64,000 nucleotides of DNA from Octopus vulgaris (Eukaryota), in the NCBI GenBank assembly GCA_951406725.2, contig OX597818.1, positions 79,546,001-79,610,000 of the forward strand, in the 5' to 3' direction. A program made the translations under genes and the position numbers. This document shows positions 1 to 13,556 of this stretch, in pieces. The notes beneath the pieces are model-generated. The model worked only from the letters and a program-made list of their open reading frames with translations, was not told the origin of the DNA and did not search any database. How positions within the stretch are numbered: the stretch's first letter is position 1; every line of letters begins with the position of its first letter.

Positions 1-236
1 CCGAACTCCTGGTACGTCCACTAGTACTTACTCCATTTCATCTTTGCGCAACCTCATTAAGTTCGTTCGATAGCTCCAAAGCTCTTTCTGTATATTTATT
101 ATTTTTCACCGTGTGTTGTATATAGCGGCAAGGCTTCGTGCTGTTATATATGCATAATTCTTTGTCTGATGTATTTATATAATGTTTTGGTTGTTTTTGT
201 TTTAGTATACATGCGCTAGCTTTTACCGAGCAGCGT

Positions 237-292
237 CTCCAAAATTGAGCGGTCTCAACGGTAATGTCGCGAAACCACTACGTCATTTTGAG
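237..292 (+). ncRNA. Degenerate type-I hammerhead ribozyme relic (core CTGA missing)
   Basis: CAAAAT-[ ]TGA-GCGG...TCGC-GAAAC-CACTAC-GTC-ATTTTG: stem I CAAAAT/ATTTTG, stem II, GAAA and a GUC triplet are present, but CTGANGA is reduced to TGA. Confidence 0.35.
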
Positions 293-473
293 TCACTGAC
301 TGACGAGGAAAACTCACCGGCTAATATTCCGAGTATCGTGACTTTGTCTAAATTTCCCGTCCGGTAAGCGTTCGTCTAGTTTCCCGTTTACTCTGGTACC
401 GTCTAACTTTTTCTCCTTGTTGTGTTCTTTCTATTCAACCCTTGATATATACACAATATATATATATATACAT

Positions 474-520
<47 letters not shown>

Positions 521-524
521 TATG

Positions 525-561
<37 letters not shown>

Positions 562-580
562 GTATGTATATATATATATT

Positions 581-923
581 ATATAAAATCCGTTCTGTCT
601 GTCTGTGTGTATGTCTTTTAGGATCTCGGGCATACTCCATCCGATTGCGCTCAAATTTGATATTTAGATACTGACGGTATCAGGGAGTGTATAAGCCTTG
701 AAAAAATTACAAAAATCGATTCCAGGTGAGGATGCGATCGATAAAGCCGTGAGAACGTGCATTTTTACACACAAGTACATCAGCTATTGCTCAAATTTAG
801 GTTAAATCAGTGTTTCTCAAAGGGGAGACCTATGGGACGGTCGGAAAAGTTGTTTTGAGAAATTTTGGTTTAAATGTTTGACAACTCAGCACCGTCCATT
901 GGACGCAGTGCGTTTTTGCTCGT
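581..923 (+). mobile_element. Non-autonomous Helitron-like element
   Basis: Starts TATAAAAT..(CTGT)n, contains CCGATTGCGCTCAAATTTG, ends with hairpin GCAC-CGTCCA/TGGACG-CAGTGC then CTCGT (CTAG-like). Confidence 0.5.
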
Positions 924-945
924 GAATATATATATATATATACAC

Positions 946-1046
<101 letters not shown>

Positions 1047-1092
1047 CATGTGCGTGTGTGTGTAGTTCGGAGAGGTTTTCAAAAGAACTACA

Positions 1093-1620
1093 CAGGGTGT
1101 TCGCAGTGATTTTGACAGTTTGCATAAAAGGAAGATAAATTCCATCCCAAAATATATACTGGAACGGAACAGTTTACTCAAATTCAATCACCACCAGAAG
1201 ACGGCTCCTGAACCTGGCGCCTGCGTTCTTCACTGTGTCTCAGAATATATTCGACTCCTTGATCTTGGCCACCAACACGGTATTGGTGTTGCAGGCAGAG
1301 CGGTTAGTGTCTTTCTCAACCATGCCACTCCACACAGTAACCCATGTTATAACAATCGCGGGGATGAAAGGTCAGAAATAGCGAGTGGTGTAATCGTAGA
1401 AATTCCCAGACAGCCACTTCTGACGTTTTCTGGCGGTATGGCAAAACGCCAAATCCTGCTGCAGCACCTATGGCCTTCAAGCAACAACTTTCTACAGCCA
1501 GGGTTTGACTACAGTCTCAAGCAGCTTTGAATATCTGTCTGAATTGAAACTAAGGCCCACTTCAAAGACGTGGGTTAGCATAACATCACCATGAACTTAC
1601 TTTTCATGATATTCATGACA
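1093..1620 (-). pseudogene. Tc1/mariner (maT/DD37D-like) transposase remnant, 3' part
   Basis: Minus strand reads GDVMLTHVFEVGLSFNSDRYSKLLETVVKPWL..VLQQDLAFCHTARKRQKWL with stops; same family as 39714-40440. Confidence 0.65.
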
Positions 1621-1713
1621 CGTCTCACAGTCTAAACAGTATTTACAGTGCACTGAGCAGCAGTCATGATGTCAGAATTCTGATACTCAGCACGAATCAT
1701 CATTATAAAGATA

Positions 1714-2098
1714 GGCGCAGCAGTGGCTGTGTGGCGAGGCGCAGGAGTGGCTTGCTTACAAACCACATGGTTCCGGGTTCAGTCCCACTGCGTGGCACCT
1801 TGGGCAAGTGTCTTCTACTATAGCCTCGGGCCGACCAAAGCCTTGTGAGTGGATTTGGTAGACGGAAACTGAAAGAAACCCGTCGTGTATATGTATATAT
1901 ATAGGTATGTGTGTGTATATGTTTTTGTGTCTGTGATTGTCCCCCCAAAATCGCTTGACAACCGATGCTGGTGTGTTTACGTCCCCGTCACTTAGCTTAC
2001 AAAGAATAAGTCCTGGGGTCGATTTGCTCGACTAAAGGAGGTCCTCCAGCATGGCCACGGTCAAATGACTGAAACAAGTAAAAGAGTAAAATAGTAAA
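1714..2098 (+). mobile_element. tRNA-derived SINE family A (Octopus-type)
   Basis: Head GGCGCAG..GTGGCTGTGTGG..GGTTCAGTCCC (A/B-box like), CCTTGGGCAAG core, internal (TA/TG)n, tail TGAAACAAGTAAAAGAG; many copies in the window. Confidence 0.85.
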
Positions 2099-2224
2099 GT
2101 ACACTGAGGAATTCCTGGGATAGACCTTGCGACAATTGTATAATTACCGTGGTTGACGCTAGGTAGCCATAGGCAATGAGCGTGCTTCACCGGTGTACTA
2201 CAAGGAACACACCCAACACACACA

Positions 2225-2306
<82 letters not shown>

Positions 2307-2355
2307 TTCTATCCCGCTACATGTCACCTTTGCGGAGGTGCCTTCCATTATTGTT

Positions 2356-2441
2356 CAGCGCCGACCAAAAGCTTGTGAGTAGATTTCGTAGATGGAAACT
2401 GAAAGAAGCCAATTGATTATATTTGTGTGTATATATGTGTG

Positions 2442-2498
<57 letters not shown>

Positions 2499-2698
2499 AT
2501 GACTGTGCCTCACCACCGCTTGACAACCGGTGATGGTTTTGTTTACGTCCCATACCTTAGCGGCACAGTAAAAGAAACCGAGAGAAGAAGTACCAGGTTT
2601 AAACGCTAATCACTGGAGCCGATCCATTCGACTAAACCCTTCAAGGTAGTGCTGCAACATAGCCGCAGTCCACTGCCGGAAAGCGTAAAAGATAAAAT
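2356..2698 (+). mobile_element. SINE family A, 5'-truncated diverged copy
   Basis: CCGACCAAAAGCTTGTGAG..GGAAACTGAAAGAAGCC..(TG)n..CGCTTGACAACCGG. Confidence 0.7.
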
Positions 2699-3272
2699 AT
2701 TTTTTTAAGAAACCTGCATAAATACGCGCACCTGTACTACATAAAACGATGAATTTTCACATTTACCGCTAGTGTTCATAATTATTTAAATCAGATTTAT
2801 TATTTATCTATTATTTTAGTAAATAAACAATCTGATTAAAATAATTATGAACACTTGCGTTGTTACGTATTAATTGTAACATTTCTTCTTGTTCTTGCCG
2901 AATTTCGGTTTCCTTTGTTTTTTACTGTTTCTATCGTACCATTTCGCCTTTCTTACGTGCGTCTATTCTGTTGGTGTTTTCTCTTTTTTTATTTTTATGT
3001 TGCCTCAGTAATTGAATATACTGGAGGAGAAGAGGTAGACAGACGTACCCATTTATACATTTACACATGTAGTGAAACTCATTTAAGATTTTCTGCGTCG
3101 TGAATATCAAAATATGAGAACCGCCCTCCGAAATATCTAGAAAAAGTTACTTTACAAGTATTAGGCTTAAAAGATTTTAATTGACAATTAAATGGGAATA
3201 TCTTGTGCCAAGTTTCGGTTTTAACACTACACACCATGCTACTTTCTGTACTTTAATATTGTGTACCTTTAA

Positions 3273-3705
3273 AGGCGAGGAGCTTGCAGAATCGTTAGTA
3301 TACCGGGGTAGCGCATAGCGGCATTTCATCCCTTTTTATGCCCTGAGTTCAAATCCCACCGAGGTCAGCTTTGTCTTTCATCCCTTTGGGGTCGATAAAA
3401 TAAGTGGCAGTAGATCGCTGAGGTCGATGTAATCGACTTCACCCCTCTTCCAGAATTATTGGCCTTATACCAAAACAGTATTTGGTATCTTTAGACGGTG
3501 AGCTGGCAGAACCGTTAGCACGCAGGGCAAAATAGCGGCATTTCGTCCGTCATTACGTTCTGAGTTGAAATTCTGCTGAGGTTGATTTTGCCTCTCATAC
3601 TTTCAGGCTCGATAAAATAAGTACCAGTTGAGCACTGAGGTCGATGCAATCCACTTACACCCCACTTCGAAATAACTGGCTTTGTACCAAAATTTGAAAC
3701 CAATA
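3273..3705 (+). mobile_element. Two tandem copies of tRNA-derived SINE family B
   Basis: GGCGAGGAGCTTGCAGAATCGTTAG..GAGTTCAAATCC..GGGGTCGATAAAATAAGT; second copy starts near 3494. Confidence 0.75.
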
Positions 3706-3765
3706 TTTGGTACTTTTGTTGCTATTATAAGGAATACAGTGAACTTTATCTTTTCATTATGAACA

Positions 3766-4156
3766 TAGTTTGCTTACGAACCACATGGTTCTGGTTTCAG
3801 TCCCACTGTATGGCACCTTGGGCAAGAGTCTTCTACTATAGCCTCGGGCCGACCAAAGCCTTGTGAGTGGATTTGGTAAACGGAAACTGAAAGAAGCCCG
3901 TCGTGTATATGTATGTATATATGTATGTGTGTATATGTTTGTGTGTCTGTGTTTGTCCCCCCCCCCCAACATCGCTTGATAATCGTTGCTTGTGTGTTTA
4001 CGTCCCCGTAACTTAGGGGTTCGGCAAAAAGATACCGATAGAATAAGTACTAAGCTTACAAGGAATAAGTCCTGGGGTCGATTAACACGACTAAAAGCGG
4101 TGCTCTAGCATTGCCGCAGTCAAATGACGGAAACAAGTAAAAGAGTAAAAGAGAGT
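3766..4156 (+). mobile_element. SINE family A
   Basis: Near-identical to 1714-2098, lacking the extreme 5' end. Confidence 0.85.
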
Positions 4157-4216
4157 ATTATTTGATGAATATTTCCTTCACCCGATATAATGTTATGAAG
4201 CATTTGTTTAGCTTTA

Positions 4217-4400
4217 CTTTACTTGTTTCCTTTACTTGTTTCAATCATTACATGCGGCCATTCTGTAGCACCACCTTGAAGGGTTTCAATAGAACAGATC
4301 GACTCTAGTACCTATTGTATTGGCTTGTTTTGTTGAACTGTTAATTTACAGGGACGTAAACAAAGAGACACCGGTTATCAAGCGCTGGTGAGCACAAAAA
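4217..4400 (-). mobile_element. SINE family A 3' half, inverted
   Basis: TTTACTTGTTTCAATCATT..GCGGCCAT..GGGACGTAAAC is the reverse complement of the family A tail. Confidence 0.65.
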
Positions 4401-4883
4401 CACTCATACAGATTTATACTTAAGGACGAGTTGTCTCACCTGTCCATGATTTTCGGGTGTTTTAACACCCCGTGCTTTGAGAGAGTAATCGCCACCACGC
4501 CATATTGCAGCCAATCGGCAAATACACAAGATGTATGCGTTAAGTACGTGTGTCGATAATTTTTATGACACTAGCGCCCCTTCTATTTCATATTTGAATT
4601 TATTCTTACGTATACAGTGTCCGGGCGTGCCAGAACAAAGTCTTCACACTCTATGCACATAAGTCGTAGACTGGCGGTACGACTCACTTCCGATTCGGTT
4701 CGGGGTTCGTGTACGTGACGTTGATAAGTCTTAAATGGGGAAATATTGGTGTCCGAAGTATATACATCAAGTTTGTGTGGTCGATAATTTCATTTCATCC
4801 CATCCCATTCCATCCCATCCCATCCCATCCAGCCAGCTAGCCAGCCAGCCAGCCAGCCAAATAGAATGAACAGATTTCATTAT

Positions 4884-5346
4884 GCAATATTTTAATAAGG
4901 AAAAGCAATAGAAAACTCCAGGTAAGTCACAAGTATTTAATCACAATCAGCTATAATTTCCTGTCTTACAAGTGTTCAATGTGGCCACCACCTACAGTAC
5001 GGGCAACATCAATGAGATAAGAGAATTCCTCCCAGACGGGTTTCAGTATATCACGATCCACTGATCGCTGTTGTGTGATTTTTTTCTTGTGGGGATATGT
5101 AAAAAGTCGCATTTATGTTCCACCGCTACTCATTAACCTCGAAGACCTTAAACATCGAATAACAATAGCGATAAACTCAGTGGATCGTCATATGCTGATA
5201 CGCGTCTGGGATGAATTCTTTTATCGCATCGATGTTCCCGTGCTGCAGGTAGTGGCCACTTGTAAGCAGGAAATAAAAGTTGATTGTAAGTAAATACTTG
5301 TGACTTAGCTGGAGTTTTCTATTACTGTTTCATATTAAAATATTGC
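4884..5346. mobile_element. Fold-back Tc1/mariner (rosa-like) derivative with ~130-bp inverted ends
   Basis: 4884-5014 is the inverted copy of ~5226-5346; interior encodes DFFLWGYVKSRIYVPPLLINLEDLKHRITIAINSVDRHMLIRVW (transposase C-terminus). Confidence 0.7.
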
Positions 5347-6089
5347 GTTATATATATAAGTTTCCAAAAAATTATCAATACAATAAGAACATTTAATTGA
5401 GGAAATAATTCAAAGCTACTGATTATACACACGCGCGTGCGCACACATAAATATTTCAACAGAATGATGCAAATCTTTTGGAAAGAATGTTCGTTTTGTG
5501 TAGGCGCTTTTCGAAGTCACCGTTACCCTTTTTCATGTAAAAGTTAAATAAACCTGCAGTCCATTGAAAAGTATGGGGTAATCCTTTAGCTTAATGTTAA
5601 ATTGTGTTAATATATAACTTGAGATAAAAACAAAGAATGATATACATATATTACTTTGGGATCCAGTCGCATTTTTAATGTATTCACTTTGAGCGGAATG
5701 TTTGAATACTTAGGGTAAAACATGTTAATGTTTTGAGTTGTTTTTTTTTTGTTTGTTTTGTTTCTTTGCAGACTTCTTAATACCATAATGGTTCACTTTA
5801 TATCGATTTTACCCTTTTAAAATGAGTTTAGATCAGACTTATATCACAATCGTGCCAGACACTGCTCGCTGTGTAAATTCAAAATGAAGCTTTAAACGTC
5901 CAGATGTCAATGGTGGTTTTGGCCAGTTTCACTCGGGAAATTTTTATCTCGCATATTTCCCTCTAGACTACCAAATTCTGAAAAGTGTAGTTGAGGAAGA
6001 TCTAAAGCAAACAAACAGCACGAGTGTCAGGCATGGTTCTGAAGCGGGTTTGATCTCAGCTCTTTTTAAAGAGCAAAATCGATACAAAC

Positions 6090-6900
6090 CAGTATTACAA
6101 CCAAAAAAGTTATGCTCTGCGTTTGGTGTGATATAAAGAATGACATCTGAAATGTTAAAACTATAACAAAACAGTAAATGCGGAGAAGTACTGTCATTAA
6201 TTGGAAGCATTGTATAAAAATTTGCAGTAAAAGTGCCATCAGTGGTCAGTCATAAAGGCACATTGCTTTTATGTGATAATGCAAGACTACATATAGTCCA
6301 AGTCACAGAGAAAAAGTTTATAACACTAAATATGTAAGTTTTGCTTCACCCTCCTTCATGAACTAGGAAAAGTGTCTAAACTTGGTCCGTTGGTCTTTCA
6401 TCATCTGGCTGCTTCTCAGCTTAACCCAAAGTGTTGCTTTATGCTCCTCATTGAAGAGTAAACTTGCTACCGAAATTTTCCTGGTGATGCACTGCAATTA
6501 GTGAGATATGAAGAGTGAAGTATGTCATGAAATGTTAAACTAAAACAAAAGAGTTAATGCGGAGTATTGTCATTAAAAGTACCATCATAAAGGCATATTG
6601 GTCTTAAAAGATAATGCAAAACTACTTATTGTCCAAGTCAAAGAGGAAAAGTTTATAGCGCTAAATATGTAAGCTTTGCTTCACATTGCTTATTCCACTG
6701 ACATTGCCCCATCAGCCAATAATCAATTCAGATGATTGCGGTGTTATTTAGAAAGAAAATAGTTTATTAATTGTGAAGAGGTTAAATGTTATATTGGGTG
6801 TCTGCTTCGGAACCTGAACAATTTTACGGCCGAGGGAATCAACAATTTACCAAATAGATAGGATTATGTTATCAATAATGAAGGGAAATACATTATCTTA
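6090..6900 (+). pseudogene. Degenerate mariner transposase with internal duplication
   Basis: LLLCDNARLH, YSTDIAPS and EGINNLPNR*DYVINNEGKY motifs; ~6140-6350 is repeated at ~6520-6690. Confidence 0.6.
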
Positions 6901-7017
6901 ACTAAATATATCCTTTGAGATCAAAGAAGCGACAGGACTTTCTTTCCTATGTAATACGTCTGTATGTGTGTGTGACTGAATATGTGAATATATATATATA
7001 TAAATATATATATATAT

Positions 7018-7101
<84 letters not shown>

Positions 7102-7180
7102 TACATATATGTATGTATACTTACATACAGACACGTGTATATGTATGTATGTATATATAAATATATATATATATATATAT

Positions 7181-7352
7181 AGTGGCTGTGTGTAAGTAGC
7201 TTGCTTACACACTTGGTTCCACGTTCAGTCCCACGGCGTGGCACCTTGGGCAAGTGTCTTCTACTATAGCCTCGGGTCGGCCAAAGCCTTCTGAGTGGAT
7301 TTGGTAGACGGAAGCACTGAAAGAAGCCCGTCGTATATATATATAAATATAC

Positions 7353-7395
<43 letters not shown>

Positions 7396-7586
7396 TGTGT
7401 TTGTCACCCCAACATCGCTTGACAACCAATGCTGGTGTGTTTGGTTCGGCAAAAGATACCGATAGAATAAGTACTAGGCTTACAAAGAATAAGTCCTGGG
7501 GTCGATTTGCTCGACTAAAGGCGATGCTCCAGCATGGCCGCAGTCAAATGACTGAAACAAGTAAAAGAGTAAAAAGAGTAAAGAGT
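7181..7586 (+). mobile_element. SINE family A
   Basis: Head, core and tail as in 1714-2098. Confidence 0.85.
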
Positions 7587-7611
7587 ACATATATATATAT
7601 ATGTATGTATT

Positions 7612-7871
7612 ACGTGATCACGTGACTGACCAGGCTATCGAATGTTACACATTTCTGGTTGCAATGCGCTCTCGCATTGATTTAGCCTGAAAATGACACC
7701 GCCATGCTGGCTAGGCGAACAGGCCAACAATCCCTCCTTATTGAAGGGGACTGGAGCAATGTGAAATGAAGTATTTTGCTCAGGATTATAACGCACCACC
7801 CGGTCAGGGAATCGAACCCACGATCTAGCGATCATGAGTGCAACAGCCTAACTACTAGGCCACACACCTTC
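7612..7871 (-). mobile_element. tRNA-derived SINE (family C-like)
   Basis: Minus strand: GTGGCCTAGTAGTTAGGCTGTTGCACTCATGATCG..GGGTTCGATTCCC (A and B boxes), then CCTGAGCAAAATACTT core. Confidence 0.7.
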
Positions 7872-8460
7872 ACACACACACATATATATATGTATGCATG
7901 TATATATATATATATATATATATATATGATCGCATGTTTATGTATATGGTAGAGCGTGGGAGGAAAGGAAACAGAGAGGAAATAAAATGAAAATGAAGAA
8001 ACACATGAAGTGATATAACAAAACAGAGTGTGTGTGAAAGAGAGAGGTGGAAGAAGAGATATGATGAAAAAGAAAGAGAGAAGACAAGGTATCTTCCTCC
8101 GAAAATACATGTATTTATGTGGAGCTTGTCAGTTGGTTTTTCCATTGTAAACATGTGCAGCCTTAACCTGTAGACAAGAGTTGTTTGCTTGTGTAGTTTG
8201 TAAGGTCAGACATTTCCACTTGATCATGTCTTGGAGCGTGGCCAGAATACTCAGACAGTAACCAATATTACTCCCACCCGACACCCGTATCCGACGTACA
8301 TCCACACCCACACGTATGTATTATACACGCACACATGAACCGTAAGCCGCCGCGCGCTAACACATACACTCATGCACGCACGCACATATATGCATTTAAC
8401 TGTACAGTTACCTCTGTCAGTCTACTTGTCTCGATACCTACACACATACATATATACATA

Positions 8461-8496
<36 letters not shown>

Positions 8497-8526
8497 TATA
8501 GGCATGTATGCATGTATATATCTGTA

Positions 8527-8570
<44 letters not shown>

Positions 8571-8635
8571 CATATGTATGTGTGTATATATAATGTATGT
8601 ATAGATAGACAGGCAGACAGACATAGAGATAGATA

Positions 8636-8681
<46 letters not shown>

Positions 8682-9481
8682 TATAATTTATATATACTTA
8701 TTTTATATAATATATACATGTATGTATGTATGTATTTATATGTACATGCATAAATATATATTATCTATGTATATATATATCAAAATATGCATATATAGAC
8801 ACAAAAAAGTTTTAAAAAATTCAGTGAGGTGGTGGGAGGACAAGGTAAGATTAAACCTCACATTCAATTAATTCCAGTTTAAATATGTTTCCATTAATCT
8901 ATTGAGCCTCCCGCTATGTTTATTGCCCTTTTATATGCGACCTTATTTTGGCCGGCAGTCAAATCTACGTTACATTGTCCATTCACAGGAAAGCCTGCAG
9001 GCGCTCGTGTATGTATATATGTTTGATAGCCGTTTATTTTAACATGAATATAATGTTATAAACAGGATGAAGATTAGGTTATTAACTGTGTTATATCTGG
9101 ATTGAATGGCATCTGTAATATATTTAACGTAGAAAAACAAAACCAAAAACAAACATAATCTGCGATATGTTCTCATAGTACCTACACATTCTTCACATTG
9201 TACAACATATTGCATTACGAATGAATATACTTCGCACACTGAATAACGAAAAAAAGAAACACTTCTTCAATTGTTTAATATTTTATTTCATACAACCAGA
9301 TCTGTTCCTCTAAAATTTCTTAAAGACAAAATCTCATTAAGTAGTCCATTCTTCGGGCCAGAGTCACAGAGGCAAAAAAACCCCCAAAAACCGAATTTTT
9401 CAAATCTAAATTTTTTCTCAAACAAAATTTGCCATTTACTTATCTACTAATGATTGTCTCTTTCGTATATGCGCATCCATT

Positions 9482-9513
<32 letters not shown>

Positions 9514-9612
9514 TGTATGTATGTATGTATGTATGTATGTATGCATGTATGTATATAATATAATATATATATATTACAAAACAAGAAAGTGGCAATATTT
9601 TGGTATTATTTA

Positions 9613-9714
9613 TTCTCCATTACAAGTGTTTCATTTGCTAATAGGAATTACAAAGATTAACACGTTATATAGATATGTAAGGAACCTCCTATTAGAAATT
9701 CGTCAGAGAGAGAA
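9613..9714 (-). ncRNA. Hammerhead ribozyme-like motif with long stem II
   Basis: Minus strand: TCTCTCT-CTGACGA-ATTTCTAATAGGA...TCCTATTAGCAAAT-GAAAC-ACTT-GTA-ATGGAGA; stem I imperfect. Confidence 0.55.
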
Positions 9715-9797
9715 AAGTTTGCATCGATATTGATCGTGGAATAAGCAGCTGTGCTCCAAGAGAAAACAGCTACGATTTGCCCTAACTACCTATATAA

Positions 9798-9945
<148 letters not shown>

Positions 9946-10270
9946 CTTATTAAACTTTTAATACTTTTTGATAGTTATAAAAAATAAATAAATAAATATC
10001 AAAATATAAATAATAAAAATAATTAAAATAATAATAAAAATTAAATAAATAATAATAAAAAAATATATATATTTATAATTTATAAGTTTAAATCATTAAT
10101 TTAAATAATTTTTTAAAATTTTAACTTTAATTTAAATATTTTAATTGGATTTTTATATTTTATATTTTATATTTTTTATATATTTCTTAATTAATTTTAT
10201 TTCTATTTATTGGCTTATGATTTTCACTGTTTGATTTGCCCAGTAGTGGTTCTATCTCTAATTTAATATA

Positions 10271-10393
<123 letters not shown>

Positions 10394-10404
10394 GTATGTA
10401 TATA

Positions 10405-10462
<58 letters not shown>

Positions 10463-10633
10463 GGTAGAATTAAGAGTCTCTACTAGCGTGAGATATTTAT
10501 GTATAGTAATGCCATTAATATAAATAAATATATTTACAAAGAATAATTGATAAATTTTTCCCTTGTGAGGTTTTTCACGCTAACTACTTGATAAATTCTT
10601 ATAAAGATTTTATCCGAGTTTTAAATATACCTA

Positions 10634-10710
<77 letters not shown>

Positions 10711-10713
10711 CTC

Positions 10714-10761
<48 letters not shown>

Positions 10762-11250
10762 GCCAGCTAGCTAGCTAGCTATATATATATATATATATAT
10801 ATATATAACCACATAAATAATATTTTTATAAACAAATCCGAAAGGCTTTGCGACTTACAGCAAGAAAGCTACTATGGAAGGCTCGTAGTATAATAACTGT
10901 ATATAATAAATATCATAATGATCTTTATTCTCCAATTTTGAAGCGACAATTTTTAAATATAAACAAATGACCGAAAAATGATGAGCTAACCTCAGGCTGA
11001 ATCAAACCCACAAATCGATGCTTTCATGGCTCCTTGCGAATCTGGTTCGCCAAATTCTCACCCATCAATTTCATTCGAATTTAGTATTTTAGTGTCATAG
11101 GAGATTGTAAATTTCTCCAATATTGAATTTCGGTAAGCGGAAAAAAAGTTATTTTATAGTCCACAGTTAGCAACTAGGATTTCACTTGCTCCATTCCCTC
11201 AATTTGAATCTAAAATAAATATGTATATATATATATATATATGTATGTAT

Positions 11251-12120
11251 ATTATATAAAAGTCAATGTTTTTATGAGTGGTCCTGTGTACGTGCGTTAC
11301 TTGAAAACTTCTGGACCGATCCTAATGAAATTTGGAATACAAAATCCAAGCCTAAGGAGAATGTTAATGACGTACGTTTCATACAATTTTGAGAAGGCAT
11401 AAAGGGGGAAGAACCCCCCATGAAGTTCATATACATGAAAAATCACATTCATGAAATTTAAACCATAGGTATTGGAAATAAATTTTAAAATATACCCAAA
11501 ATTTCCATTTCTTTCGAGGATTCTAAGGCCCCCTAATAGGAGCTTAACCCTCAAATTTTAGTCATTTTTTATGGACCAAAATTACTGAACGGATCCTTAT
11601 TATATTTGGAACTTAGATTCAATGCATAAGGGCGAGTATAATGCAGTATGTTTGGTTTGAATTTGACAGAGTTTAAAGAACTCGCCATGAAAATTCACAA
11701 ATTTCCGATGTTGGTATTTGACACAAATCAAGAAGTATTCCCAAAGTTTCCGCTTCTCGTGAGGATTCAAAGATCCTCTAATGGATGTCTAAACTCCCAA
11801 ATTTCAGTAATTTTTATGACCCATAACAAGGTCAAAAGTACTCAATGGATCTTTATGAAATTTGGAAATTATATTCTATGCGTAAGGACGGATGTAATGC
11901 AGTATATATATGAAAATGAGGGGGCATAAATGAGGCCATAACCACCATGAAAATTCATATATTTTTGCTGTTGATGAAATTTAAATCATATATATTAGAC
12001 ACAAATGAAGGAATATTCCTAAAATTTCAACTTCTTAGGAGGATAGCATGTCCTTTTAATGGGGACTTAACCCACACAATTTAATCATTTTTCCTCAGCC
12101 AAGACAAATACACTTGTAGT
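11251..12120 (+). mobile_element. Helitron/HINE-like non-autonomous element with three ~260-bp internal repeats
   Basis: TATATAAAAGTC start; variants of CCGATCCTAATGAAATTTGGAA near 11317, 11590 and 11846. Confidence 0.5.
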
Positions 12121-12199
12121 CTTGGAAGCTGTAGAGGTACCTGAGGATACAAGATGAGCGTTATTTGTAATTCAATGGTACAACAGTATAAGAGTTTGC

Positions 12200-12692
12200 T
12201 TATTTCGTGTTAAAGTTGTCGTATTTCAGTAATTTCAACCAATCAATGACGTGTATTCAGCTGAATAAAATTACTGCTGTTGTTTGTCAACAACAACTAT
12301 CGGCGGTGTATATTTCGTTTGTCACTTATTTATGACAGCATTCGTGCGATTGTACTAGTTTGTACAGTTACGTTTGTACAGTTACGTTTGCATGAATAAA
12401 CGAGTGTATCTGAAGCATGTTTATTTCATGGTACCACCATAATCGTTCGTGCATTTCTACTGCTTTTAGTTTTTTTCCTGTTTTTCAGCTACTATTTTCG
12501 GAAAAAACATTTTTGCCTCGTTTATTCATACAAACGTAACTGAGATGAAATATGTCATAAATAACAGTGGAAAACGAAATATACACCGCCGGATGTTGTA
12601 GTTGACAAGTAACAGCAGTAATTTTATTCAGCTGAATAAACGTCATTGATTGGTTGAAATTACCGAAATACGACAACTTTAACACGAAATAA
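12200..12692. mobile_element. MITE-like element with ~140-bp inverted repeats
   Basis: TTATTTCGTGTTAAAGTTGTCGTATTTC..(12200-12340) is inverted at 12550-12692. Confidence 0.7.
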
Positions 12693-12834
12693 CTTCGTAG
12701 ATATACACTTTTCTCAACAACGCTAAGAGTAAAATATGTTTTATATGACACATTCTACCAGTATACAAATTTTGAAAGTGTTTAGTTACAGAAAATTATT
12801 TTCTAAATCTGCCGGTCAAAAGGTAAAAATCCAT

Positions 12835-13556
12835 TTCAGGTCTTCGGGGTAGTCGATTACATCAACACCAGTGCTCAACTGGTATATATTTTATCGACTC
12901 TGAAAGGATGAAAGGCAAAGTCGACCTCGCTAACGATTCTGCCAGCTCGCCACCTAAGTATACAAGATAAATATTCTCTTCTACTATAGGCACAAAGCCT
13001 GAAATTTCAAGGGAGAGGGTAAATCTATTAGATCGACACCACTGCTCAACTGCTCGAAAGGATGGAATGCAAAGTTGGCCTCGGTGAAATTTGAACTTAG
13101 AACGTAAAGACGGACGAAATACTGCTAAGTATTTTGCCGGTGTGCTAACAATTCTTTTCTACTCTAGCCACAAGACCCGAAATTTTGGGGGAAGGGGCCA
13201 GGTAATTAGATCGACCTCAGTACGTAACTGGTTCTTAATTCATCAATCCCGAAATAATGACGAAATACTGCTAAGCAATTCGCCCGGCGTGCTAACAATT
13301 CTGCCATTATACGAGATAAATATTTATTTCTTTATTACCCACAGGGGGATAAACATAGAGGGTACAAACAAGGAGAAACAAACGGATTAAGTCGATTATA
13401 TCGACCCCAGTGCGTAACTGGTACTGATTTAATCGACCCCGAAAGGATGAAAGGCAAAGTCGACCTCGGCGAAATTTGAACTCAGAACGTAGCGGCAGAC
13501 GAAATACCGCTAAGCATTTCATTCGCCGTGCTAACGATTCTGCCAGCTCGCCGCTT
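12835..13556 (-). mobile_element. Tandem array of about four SINE family B copies/fragments
   Basis: Repeated GAAAGGATGAAAGGCAAAGTCGACCTCGG..GAACTCAGAACG..CTAACGATTCTGCCAGCTCGCC. Confidence 0.75.

Noticed and set aside
296-330. Second CTGACGA core
   Set aside because: No stem II-GAAA-NUH arrangement follows it
1120-1530. 136-aa plus-strand ORF
   Set aside because: Antisense shadow of a maT-like transposase remnant
10975-11005. ATGATGAGC..GCTGAA hammerhead-like string
   Set aside because: Both core segments are mismatched and no stem I is present
12835-13556. Repeat arrays that might be taken for CRISPR
   Set aside because: Units are ~200-bp SINE copies without unique spacers; eukaryotic context and no cas genes
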